DNA from: Malacoraja senta | Taxonomy: Eukaryota | Direction: 5' to 3' | DNA length: 20,000 bases | Assembly: GCA_038087875.1 (NCBI GenBank) | Contig: JAXLNO010000499.1 | Span: 107,619 to 127,618, forward strand | Part shown: positions 8,852 to 20,000 of the stretch, piece by piece | Layout of the letters: every line of letters begins with the position of its first letter | Numbering within the stretch: position 1 is the stretch's first letter | Notes under the pieces: model-generated | Told to the model about the DNA's origin: nothing | What the model saw: the letters and a program-made list of their open reading frames with translations, nothing else | The model's database searches: none | Position numbers and translations under genes: made by a program

Positions 8852-9157
8852 CTTAGTTTAAGTAACATTGAGAGTCATACAACACGGACACAGGCCCTTT
8901 GGCCAATATTACCTAAGCTGCCCATGATGCCCCATATGTATTAATCCCACCTGCCTACATTTGGTTCATATCTTTCCCTATCCATGTACCTGTCTATAAA
9001 TCTTTTAAATGTTGTTATTGAACCTGTCTCAGCTACCTCGGAAAATGTTCCTAGTGTGTAGGATAGTGCTAGGGTACGGGTTGATCAATGGTTGGTGTGG
9101 ACTCGGTGGGCTGAAGGGCCTGTTTCCATGCTGTATTTCTAAAGTAAAGTAAACTAA
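8852..9157. mobile_element. CR1/SINE 3' tail fragments (8852-9040 on -, 9040-9157 on +)
   Basis: acaggccctttggcc and gggctgaagggcctgtttccatgctgtatttctaaagtaaagtaaactaaa tail motifs. Confidence 0.7.
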
Positions 9158-9164
9158 AGTATCA

Positions 9165-10545
9165 CCTTAATCCTATATCCTCTGGTTCTCAATGCCCCTA
9201 CTCTGGGCAAATAACTCAGAGCATTCATCTTGTCTATTGTCCTCATGATCTTGCAAGCCTCTATAAGATCACCCCTCAGCATCCTGCAGTCCAAGGAATA
9301 AAGTCCTAGCCAGCCCAACCTCATCCTATAGCTCAGGCCGTCAAGTTCTGGCAACGCCCTGGTAAATTCTTTCTGCACTCTTTAGCAATGTTACAAAATT
9401 TTGAGATTTTAAAAATAAAGTCTGCAATTTATCCCATCAGATAAAGCATAAAAAGAAGTTTAATTTGACACTTAATTCACTTTCATATCTTCAGTATTAA
9501 AAAGGTTATGGCCATTATCATACTCAGAAATTAGCATCTAGTTCCCTATTGCTTTTCCATTGACTTAACACAAAAGCTGTGATCGAGGACAGTTAAAAGC
9601 CCATAACTTTCTTAAAAATCATGATAACTGAAAGAAATTTTCAGTTATTATAGATTGAAGCATTCTGAAACAAATATGAAACAATCTTACTTCGAAGACA
9701 TGAAAGTAAAGCATATAATTAGTTAGTTACCTAATTGTATCTAATTACAAAATTCAATTACTAGATCTAAACATCTATCAATTTCTTAAGAATAGATTAA
9801 CATTTTTAAATAGCCTAAGTGTCCAAATAACATTCACACAATAATTCACAATATAACATAATTTTTAAATCTAATTTTCATGAATTTACAGGCCAAATGG
9901 AAGGAATTGAATGTTTAATACCTGTAAATTAATGGGGATTTAATTCATCTTGCGAGTGAGGTTTTCTGGAACGCGATCTTTTGGAACGTTCATTTGCGGT
10001 GAATTTAACCCCTTATTGGTATGAAAAATACTGCCGTTAATTCGGGGAATAAAATCACCGTGTCGCATGTAAAAATGTGAATTAAAGGCTTCTTAAGGAG
10101 AACGTTTATACATTAAAATAAAGCACTTTCGTTTACCTTTCCCTTGTGTGAAATCCGTCCCCGTTTTTGGCGTTGACGCTTCAGAAGATGATTTTAAAAT
10201 GATTCCAACGCTGAACTTGTTGGGAGATTTTTAAAACAAACTACGCAAAACGGCACTCGGAACGCTTCTTCCAGAGAAGCTGGTACTCCAACAAAGTATA
10301 ATTCAGGACAAGGGAGGAGAAACCCGCGCTTTAACCCCGCCCCCGCTTAAAGGCGCCAAAATCGCGCACACGGCCAGTGACAGAATTACAGCGCCGCTGA
10401 AGGCAAGTATTGTAACATACCTACACTCTTCCCAGCTTTCTGACGTCCTTCCTATAGCAGGGTGACCACAACTGAATACGGTACTATAAATGCGGCCTCG
10501 CCAGCGTCTTGTACAACTATAACATAACCTCCCAACTTCTGTACT
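9165..10545 (-). mobile_element. CR1 ORF2 fragment split by a TIR element (9165-9382 and 10424-10545)
   Basis: EVMLxLYKTLARPHLxYRIQLWSPCYRKDVRKLGRV joins QKEFTRALPELDGLSYRMRLGWLGLYSL...LRGDLIE, the typical CR1 post-RT region. Confidence 0.85.
9383..10423. mobile_element. Non-autonomous TIR DNA transposon (~1.04 kb), hAT-like termini, superfamily uncertain
   Basis: Imperfect TIRs TAGcaATGTTACAA and TTGTAACATacCTA. CACTCTT is duplicated at 9376-9382 and 10424-10430. It cleanly interrupts a CR1 reading frame. No transposase ORF. Confidence 0.8.
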
Positions 10546-10704
10546 CAAGATTGCAAGATTGTTGTTCTGGCACCACTCAACCAGATCTGCTTCATGTACT
10601 CTCATTCATCATTATCTGTTATTCTTCCAACAATGGTAGCATTGGCAGCAAATTTAAAGATGGTGGTGGAGTTTTGTCTGGCTACACAGTCACAGACTCT
10701 AGGC

Positions 10705-11107
10705 CAGTTTAGAAAGATGAGGGGGGATCTCATTGAAACCCACCAGATAATGAAAGGCCTAGATATAATGAATGTGGAGAGGATGTTTCCAATAATGGGA
10801 GAGTCCGGGGCCAGAGGGCCCAGTCTCGGAATAAAAGGTCGTACCCTTTAGAATGGAAATGAGGAGGAATTTCTTTAACCAGAGGGTGGTGAATCTGGGC
10901 AATTCATGGCCACAGACTATGATGGAGGACAAGTCATTGAGTACTTTTTAAAGCGGAGATTGACAGGTTTGTGATTAGTATGGCTGTCAAAGCTTACGGA
11001 GAGATTGCAGGAGAACAGGGAAAAATAGATCAGCCATGATGGAATGGCGGAACGGACTCGATGGGCCGAATGGCCTAATTCTGCTCCTGTGGCTTATGGT
11101 CATGGTA
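10705..11107 (+). mobile_element. CR1 LINE 3' end
   Basis: RKMRGDLIETHQIMKGLD...RMFP, then tttaaccagagggtggtgaatctgg, gggccgaatggcctaattctgctcct and a cttatggtc tail. Confidence 0.88.
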
Positions 11108-11229
11108 TAGAAAGAGTAGAGCAGGACCTTGAACATGCTGCCCTGAGGTTCCCTTGTGCTGATGGCCAGTGAGCGGGAGATGTTGTCACCAACTGTTCTG
11201 ATTGAGGGCTGCCGGTTCAGAGAGCAACC

Positions 11230-11425
11230 TTAGTCCCCCGTTAAATTTTCCCTATAACATCTTCTCCACCCCTTCCCATTAACTGTCTCGAGACTAACCC
11301 ACACTGGGAGAAATTTACAGAGGACAATTAACCTGCAACCTGTCCTTCTTTGGATGTGGGAGGAAACCGGAGCACCCGGAGAAAACCCACGCAGTCCCAG
11401 GGAGAACGTCAAAACTCCATACAGA
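11230..11425 (-). mobile_element. HE1-like SINE body fragment
   Basis: tgtgggaggaaaccggagcacccggagaaaacccacgca and aattaacct motifs, shared with 6090-6150 and 13340-13440. Confidence 0.75.
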
Positions 11426-11514
11426 ACCTTGTCCTCAACTCCTCACAAAGTCTGCCACTCACCAGGCGCCGGCATGAGTGTCTATGGCAGATCATAATCC
11501 TGTGAGTTGTTTAA

Positions 11515-12490
11515 GGTAGACACAAGGAACTGCAGGTGCTGGAATTTTGCGTAGAACACAAAGTGCTGGAGTAACTCAGCGGGTCAGGAGGTATCTCTGG
11601 AGAACATGGATCATAATCATAATCATCATAATCATAATCAAATTTATTAGCCAAGTACGTTTTGCAACATACGAGGAATTTGATTTGCCATACAGTCTTA
11701 CCAATAAAAAGCAACAAGACACACAAAATGCATTTGAACATAAACATCCACCACAGTGACTCCTCCACCCACATTCCTCATTGTGATGGAAGGCAAAAAA
11801 AAAAAAGTTCAATCTCTTCCCTTCTTTGTTCACCTGCGGTTGGGGGCCTCGAGCCTTCCGTTGACAGGGTGATCTTGGCTCCCGTAGCCAGCGGTCGGGC
11901 CCTCCGCGTTGGAGCAATCATGCTCCTGCATCGGGGGGGGGGAGGATCTCAGCTCCCCCGGGCTTGGGCGATCTGACCCCGGGTCGGGGCTGGTCGAAAC
12001 CTTCTGCGTCATATGGAGCTTCCTGACATCGGTCTCTACCAAAAACTGCGAGCTCCTCAATGGTGAAATCCGCAGGCCACGGTTGGAGCATCGATCTCAG
12101 GCAAGGAATCGGCTCCGATGGTAAGCTCACGTCCCGCGGTGGGGCTCAAATTCAGTCCCACGCAAGGCCTCCAGCTCCATGATGTTAGGCCGCAGAGCGA
12201 CCGGAGATACGATCAGGAAAACAATCGCATCTCCGGCAAGGTAAGAGATTGAAAATGTTTCCCCCTCCCCCACCCCCCACATAAAACAAACCAGAGAACA
12301 TTAACACAAACTTTTAAAACACACAAAAAAAAAGACGAAAAGACAGACAGACTGTTGGCGGTGGCTGCCATCGCTGACGGCGCCACCTGGTGGTTTATGG
12401 TGAACATGGATAGGTGACGTTTCACAGAATGCTGGAGTAACTCAGCGGGTCAGGCAGCATCTCTGGAGAACATGGATAGGTGACATTTTG
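11515..12490 (-). mobile_element. Penelope-derived 66 bp repeat (two units), interrupted by the 780 bp retroposon
   Basis: 11561-11611 continues at 12398-12490, with the same gtgacgtttcacaga junction as the 5054 array. Confidence 0.8.
11612..12397 (-). mobile_element. ~780 bp non-coding retroposon, copy 2
   Basis: TSD TGGaGAACATGGAT (11598-11611) / TGGtGAACATGGAT (12398-12411), (TGATTA)n tail, colinear with 8070-8845. Confidence 0.85.
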
Positions 12491-13014
12491 TGACCTGAAA
12501 TGTCGCCTCTCTATGTCCTCCAGAGATTCTGCAAGACCGCTGCATTGCTGCAGCACCTTGTGTTCCAAGCTGTTAAGAGCCTAGTTTAATTAATAAAGTT
12601 TATTTTTTAAATGTTAGTAATCTTTCTGTAATATTTTTAAAAATGAAAATCTCTTTAAAACTTTTTCGAGCTGTCACAGGAAAGCACTAATTTAATGTCA
12701 GAAGAAAGCACTAATTTAATTAATAGCTTATTATTTAAACATAAGTAGCTTTTTAAATATTAATAATTAAATATCTATTTTTTTATTTTTTCAAGCAGCC
12801 ATGTCATCTTACTGATGTACTTTCACAAAAACACTAATTTAATTTTATGGTCTTTTTAAATATTTAAAATGTGAAAATCTGGTTTTTAATACTTTAAAGA
12901 TGCCAGTACACTATCGACACATACTGTCAATAAAAAAAGCAGTAGAATAATTAAATCTGCCATAAATGTTAGAAACTACTATTAAAGATGTTACAGCAGG
13001 AGGCAGAAAAATAA

Positions 13015-13210
13015 ATTAAAGTCAACATGGTTTTGTGGAAAATGTTTGACTAACTTACTGGAGCTCTTTGAAGAAGTAATGTGCGGTGGATAAATGAGAT
13101 GAAGGGGATGTGCCATACTAATATATTTAATAACGCTTTTGATGAATAATAAAACATGTACAGGAAAAAACATTACTGGGCAGAAAACTGGCTGGCTAAC
13201 AGGGAGAGTA
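13015..13210 (+). mobile_element. Old CR1 RT-region fragment
   Basis: SQHGF ... CLTNLLELFEEV across a frameshift, matching the CR1 motif SQHGFxKGxSCLTNL. Confidence 0.65.
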
Positions 13211-13249
13211 GGCATAATGGTTATTCTCCACTGACAAGATGCAGCAAGT

Positions 13250-13440
13250 TTAGTTTGGAGGCAAACAGCTCAGCTGGTCCACACTCACCAGTTCACACTA
13301 GCTCTGTTATCTTACTTTTGCATCAGCTCCCGACACACTAGGGGCAACTTACAGAGGCTGATTAACCTACAAACCTGCACTTCTTTGCGATGTGGGGGGA
13401 AACCGGAGCACCCGGAGGAAATCCATACGGTCACAGAGAG
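13250..13440 (-). mobile_element. HE1-like SINE fragment
   Basis: acactaggggcaacttacagagg..attaacctacaaacctgcac...aaaccggagcacccggaggaaa. Confidence 0.75.
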
Positions 13441-13444
13441 ACAG

Positions 13445-14722
13445 TAGACAGTTGGCTCTGGGAGAGCTCGGAATGGGAGGGGAAAGAGGGAGAAAGCAAG
13501 GACTACCTGAAATTGGAGAAGTCAATGTTCATACCGCTGGGGTGTAAAATACCCAAGCGAAATATGAGGTGCTGATCCTCCAATTTACGGTGGGACTCAC
13601 TCTGGCCATGGAGGAGGCCCAGGACAGAAAAGGTTGGATTCGGATTGGGAGGGGGAGTTGAAGTGCTGAGCCACCGGTTGGTTATTGCGAACCGAGTGGA
13701 GGTGTTGGGCGAAGCGTTCGCCAAGCCTACGCTTGGTCTCACCGATGTAGAGCAGCTGACACCTAGAGCAGCGGATGCAATAGATGAGGTTGGATGAGGT
13801 GCAGGTGAACCACTGCCTCACTTGGAAAGACTGCTTAGGTCATTGGATCCAAGGGGGGAGGTAAAGCGTAGCATTTCCTGCGGTTGCAAGGGAAAGTACC
13901 AGTGGAGGGGGTGGTTTGGGTGGGAAGGAACAAATTGACCAGGGAGTTACGGAGGGAGCGGTCTCTGCGGAAACCCAAAAGGGGAGGAGATGGGAAGATG
14001 TGACCAGTGGTGGGATCCCATTGGAGGTGGCGAAAATGTCGGAGGATTATCTGTTCCATGTGTCGGCTAGTAGGGTGGAAGGTGAGGACAAGGGGGACTC
14101 TGCCCTTGTTACGAGTGAGGGGATGGGGAGCGAGAGCAGAGTTACGGGGTATAGAAGAGACCCTGGTAAGAGCCTCATCTATAGTTGAAGAGGGGAACCC
14201 TGTTCCCTAAAGAATGAGGACATCTCCAATGCCCGGGTTTGGAACACCTCATCCTGGGTGCAGATGCGGCATAGAATTGGGAGTAGGGGATAGAGTTCTT
14301 AGAGGAAGCAGGGTGGGAAGAAGTGTAGTCCAAATAGCCATGGGAGTCAGTGGGTTTATAGTAGATGTCGGTCAGTAGTCTGTTACCTGCGATGGAGATA
14401 GTGAGGTCTAGAAACGGAAGGGAGATGTCGGAAATGGACCAGGTGAATATGAGTGCCAGATGGAAGTTAGTGGTGAAATGGATGAAGTCAGTGAGATCTG
14501 CATGGGTGCAGGAGGTAGCAGCAATGCAGTCGTCGATGCAGCAGAGGTAGAGTTCGGGGATAGGGCCACGGTACACCTCGAACAAGGATTGTTTGACTAC
14601 CCTACAAAGAGGCAGGTAAAGCTAGGGCCCATGCACATAGCTACGCTTTGGATTTGGAGGAAATGGGAGGAGTCAAACGAAAAGTTGTTGAGGGTAAGGA
14701 CCAGCTCCGCTCGGCGGAGGAA
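13445..14722 (-). pseudogene. Penelope-like element: decayed reverse transcriptase and GIY-YIG endonuclease, 5'-truncated and frameshifted
   Basis: RT motifs GVAM..GP..CLF, ELYLCCIDDC (YIDD-derived), LPFLDL, TDIYYKPTDSHGYLDYTSSHP. Endonuclease FTCTSSNLIYCIRCSRCQLLYIGETKRRLGERFAQH. Confidence 0.93.
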
Positions 14723-14778
14723 GGAGATTTGTCATGATGACACAAGGAGGCGACAAAGTGTATGGAATGGTTAGGTGA

Positions 14779-14959
14779 GTCGCCCATTCCTTCTCTCCAG
14801 AGATGCTGCCTGTCCCAGGTACACAAAAATGCTGGAGAAACTCAGCGGGTGCAGCAGCATCTATGGAGCGAAGGAAATGGGCAACGTTTCGGGCCAAAAC
14901 CCTTCTTTAGTTACACCAGCTTTTTGTGTCTGCCTTCGGTTTAAACCAGCATCTGCAGT
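14779..14959. mobile_element. Penelope terminal repeat (+) with an inverted second-subfamily copy nested inside (14817-14907, -)
   Basis: gtcgcccattccttctctccagagatgctgcctgtccc | inverted copy | agttacaccagctttttgtgtctg...ccagcatctgcagt. Confidence 0.75.
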
Positions 14960-16931
<1,972 letters not shown>

Positions 16932-17061
16932 TCGTATACATGAGAAAGTGGACTAACATAGAACTAGTATAAACAGGTGATCAGTGTTGGCATGAACTCG
17001 GTGGGCCGAAGGGCCTGTGTCTAGATTGTATTTTTCAGTTAATCAATTCAGTTACAGGGAA

Positions 17062-18305
17062 GCAAGAAGTTTATTATTGTCGCATGTACTGCGGTACAGT
17101 GAAAAGCTTTTTGATGTGTGTTATCCAGTCAGTGATCACACTATACATGATTATAATCGAGCCATCCACAGTGTACAGATTGTTAAAGAAGGAACTGCAG
17201 ATGCAGGAAAATCGAAGGTACACAAAAATGCTGGAGAAACTTAGCGGGTGCAGCAGCATCTATGGAGCGAAGGAAATAGGCAACGTTTCGGGCCGAAACC
17301 CCAGTGTACAGATACTGGATAAAGGGTTTTACGTTTAGTGCAAATTCAAGTTTAGTAAATTCTGATTAAGTATAGTCCAAGGGTGTCCAATGTTGTAGAT
17401 GGGAGGTCAGGACCGCTCTCTAGCTGTCGAGATGACGGTTCAGTTGCCTGATAACAGATAGGGAAGAAACTGTCCCGGAATCTAGAGGTGTGCGTTTTTA
17501 AACCTCTGTTCCTCTTGTCTAATGGAAGAAGAGAAAAGAGGGAGAGACCGGGGTGAGACTGGTCCTTGATTATGCTGGTGGCCTTGCTGAGGCAGCGTGA
17601 AGTGTAGATGGAGTCAATGGAAGGGAAGTTGGTTTGTGTGAAGGTCCGGGCTGCGTCCACAACTCTGCAATTTCTTGCGGTTTTGGATGGAGCTGTTCCT
17701 AACCATTCTGTGACGCTTCCGATAAAATACTTTCTAGGGCGCATCTGTAGAAGTTGGTATGGGTTGTTGACGACATGCTGAACTTCCTAAACCTTCTAGG
17801 AAGTAGAGGTGTTGATGTGTTTTCTTAGCCATTGCTTCGAGGTGGCTGGTCCAGGAAAAATTACTGGTGATTTTTAATCCGTGCCGTTTTTGCTTCCTGA
17901 AGTCGATCACAATCTCCTTTGTCTCGCTGACATTGATGGAGAGGTTGTTGTCTTGGCACCAGTCTACACGGTTCTCAGTCTCCTTCCTGTACTGCGTCTC
18001 ATCATTATTTGATGTCCGGCCCACTCCAGTGGTTCTGTCTGCGAATTTGTAAATTGCGTTGGTTTGGTATTTGGCCGCACAGTCATGAGTGTACAAGGAG
18101 TAAAGGAGGGTGGCTGAGAAGGCATCCATGCACGGCACCAGTGTTGAGGGGTTATCGTAGAGAATGATTTGTCACCTATTGTCACTGATTATGGTCAGGA
18201 AGTCGGGGATCCAGTTGGGGGGAATGCTGACTGCAGGTTCCATGAGTTTGGTGATGAGCCAGGAAGGGGAAATGGTATTGAAAGCAGAGCTGTAGTCTAT
18301 GAAGG
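17062..18305 (-). mobile_element. Rex1/Babar-like LINE, decayed RT to 3' UTR
   Basis: LLYSLYTHDCAAKYQTNAIYKFADRTTGVG...WCQDNNLSINVSETKEIVIDFRK and SRCLSKATSIIKDQSHPG...HTSRFRDSFFP. 3' end at cgacaataataaac. Confidence 0.9.
17181..17301 (-). mobile_element. 121 bp Penelope-derived insert (3' half of hammerhead) with perfect 12 bp TSD
   Basis: CAGTGTACAGAT at 17169-17180 and 17302-17313. The insert starts GGGTTTCGGCCCGAAACGTTG on the minus strand. Confidence 0.85.
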
Positions 18306-18444
18306 CGAGTGGGACTGGGGGATTGCTCTGGTTTGAGGTAGCACGGATGCAATGGGCTGCTTCATGATGCCCTGTTACAGATAAGAAAGATAATGGAGTG
18401 GTTGGGAACTATGACTGTTCCAACTCGCATCTCTCTACTATTTT

Positions 18445-19402
18445 TATCAATAACCTAGACCTTAACGTGAGCAAGTCGAAAGCGTTCGTTGTTAACTTAA
18501 GGAAGCGAGGCAGTGAGCACAACCCTTCCTTGTCAACGGATTTGCTATCAAGATGGTGGACAGCTTCAAGTTCCGCGGCATCCATATCACTAGCAAGCTA
18601 ACCTGGTCCCTTGCGTTGATCAAGAAAGTGTAACTGCATATTTACTTTTTGACGTGTTTCTAATGTCCGGACTTTTAAGCGCCCGTCTGAAGAAAGGTTC
18701 CGACTTTAAACATCACCTATCCATTTTCTCCAGCCTTCTTGATGCAATGCACCATCAAGGTGGACTGGATGAAAAGATGCGTGACAAGCGTGTGATGGAA
18801 TGGGCTGCGTTCACCCATATTGAAGCTATAGCCAAGAACGCACTCCAACGACTCTACTTCCGCAGAAGGGTTAGGAAGTTCAGCGTCTCCCCAAAAACTC
18901 TCACCAACGTATACAGATGCACCCTAGAAAGCATTTTGTCAGGATGCAGCCTTGACCATAATATGAACAACCTCCCCTTCATTTATACTTCACGCTGCCT
19001 CGGCATGGCCAGCAGCATAATCAAGGACGAGTTGCACCCTGGCCGCTCCCTCTTCTCCCCTCTCCCATCAGGCAAGAGGTAAAGAAGTGTGAAAACGCAC
19101 ACCTCCACATTCAGGGGCAGTTTCTTCCCAGTTGTTATCAGGTAACTGAACCATCCTACCACAACTGGAAAGCAGCCCTGAACTGCTATTTGCCTCTTTG
19201 GAGACCCTCAGACCATCTTTGATCGGACTTTATTGGCTTTAACTTGCACTAAGCGTTATTCATGTTATTCCCTTTCTCATGTATCTGTACACTGAATGGC
19301 TCGATTGTAATCATATTTTGGTCTTTCTGCTGACTGATTAGCACGCGACAAAAGCTTTTCACTGTTCCTCGGTACACGTGACAATAAACTAAACTGAAAC
19401 TC
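18445..19402 (+). mobile_element. Rex1/Babar-like LINE fragments (18445-18650 old; 18810-19402 3' end) with a Penelope repeat fragment at 18685-18735
   Basis: NNLDLNVSKSKAFVVNLRK and HIEAIAKNALQRLYFRRRVRKF...YRCTLESILSGC...IIKDELHPGRSLFSPLPSGKR. Tail gtgacaataaactaaactgaaact. Confidence 0.85.
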
Positions 19403-19454
19403 ATTCTCTGTACTGTAGGTTCAGCAGTCAAGAGCAGTGCCGTTCCCACACCAG

Positions 19455-19720
19455 ACAGACCACTTGGTCGAGTCTTCACTAATCTTTTCCTCTTCACATA
19501 TCTAGCAGTCAGTTTTTATATTCCTCGCAAGCTCTCTTTCATTAATTTACCCCTCTTAATTAACCCCTTTGTCCTCCTCTTAAATTTCTCCCAGTCCTCC
19601 GAGTTTGCCGCTTCCTCTGGCCAATTTATATGCCTCTTCCTTGGATTTAACACAATCCCTAATTTCCCTCATTAGCCACTGTTGAGCCGCCTACCCCATT
19701 TTATTTTTACGCCAGACCCG
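19455..19720 (-). mobile_element. CR1 ORF2 fragment (region between endonuclease and RT)
   Basis: Minus strand WLMREIRDCVKSKEEAYKLAR...EDWEKF...LARNIKTDC...RYVKRKRLVKT, with frameshifts. Confidence 0.75.
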
Positions 19721-19739
19721 CCTTTCCTGTTTTATTTTT

Positions 19740-19887
19740 ACCTCCACTCCTCTCCCCCCCTCTCTCCCCCCTTGTCTCTCACCCCCCTCTCTCTCCCCCA
19801 CATCCTCTCCCTCCCCCCATCCTCCCTACCCTCCCCTCCTCTCTCCCCCCCCCTCTCTCTCCCTCCCCCTCCCTCTCCCTCCCCCCA
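19740..19887. repeat. C/T-rich polypyrimidine low-complexity tract
   Basis: ~150 bp composed almost entirely of C and T. Confidence 0.95.
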
Positions 19888-20000
19888 GTATAGATTCTCC
19901 ATGATGATATGAATGGCGGAAAGGCTTGAGGGAGCAAAAGCCTACTATTTTCCTTGTGGACTCAACCCTTATCTCTCAACTCTCTTTCTAGGGCATTGGT

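Noticed and set aside
13445..14722. Functional or domesticated RT-endonuclease gene
   Set aside because: Multiple frameshifts, altered catalytic-motif context (CIDD) and 5' truncation.
14724..14780. Possible exon ending in AG|GTGAGT
   Set aside because: No pyrimidine tract or acceptor upstream, and the donor overlaps the start of a Penelope repeat.

Overview
Eukaryotic, almost entirely repeat-derived DNA. The repeat inventory (HE1-like tRNA SINEs, CR1, Rex1/Babar-like LINEs, Penelope-like elements) suggests a cartilaginous fish such as a skate or ray; this is inference. No intact protein-coding gene is supported, and the long ORFs are by-products of tandem repeats or decayed retroelements. 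Main content: a 2.64 kb non-autonomous Helitron (963-3603) carrying two related minisatellites and an L1 insertion; many Penelope-derived short repeats with minimal hammerhead-ribozyme motifs, three of them as ~100-120 bp stand-alone inserts with ~12 bp target-site duplications (TSDs); an 8 x 66 bp array built from the same repeat; two copies of a ~780 bp non-coding retroposon with a CTCF-like motif at its 5' end; a ~1 kb TIR element; a decayed Penelope RT/GIY-YIG ORF; and a ~2 kb (GATA)n tract. Family names come from recognised motifs, not from database searches.
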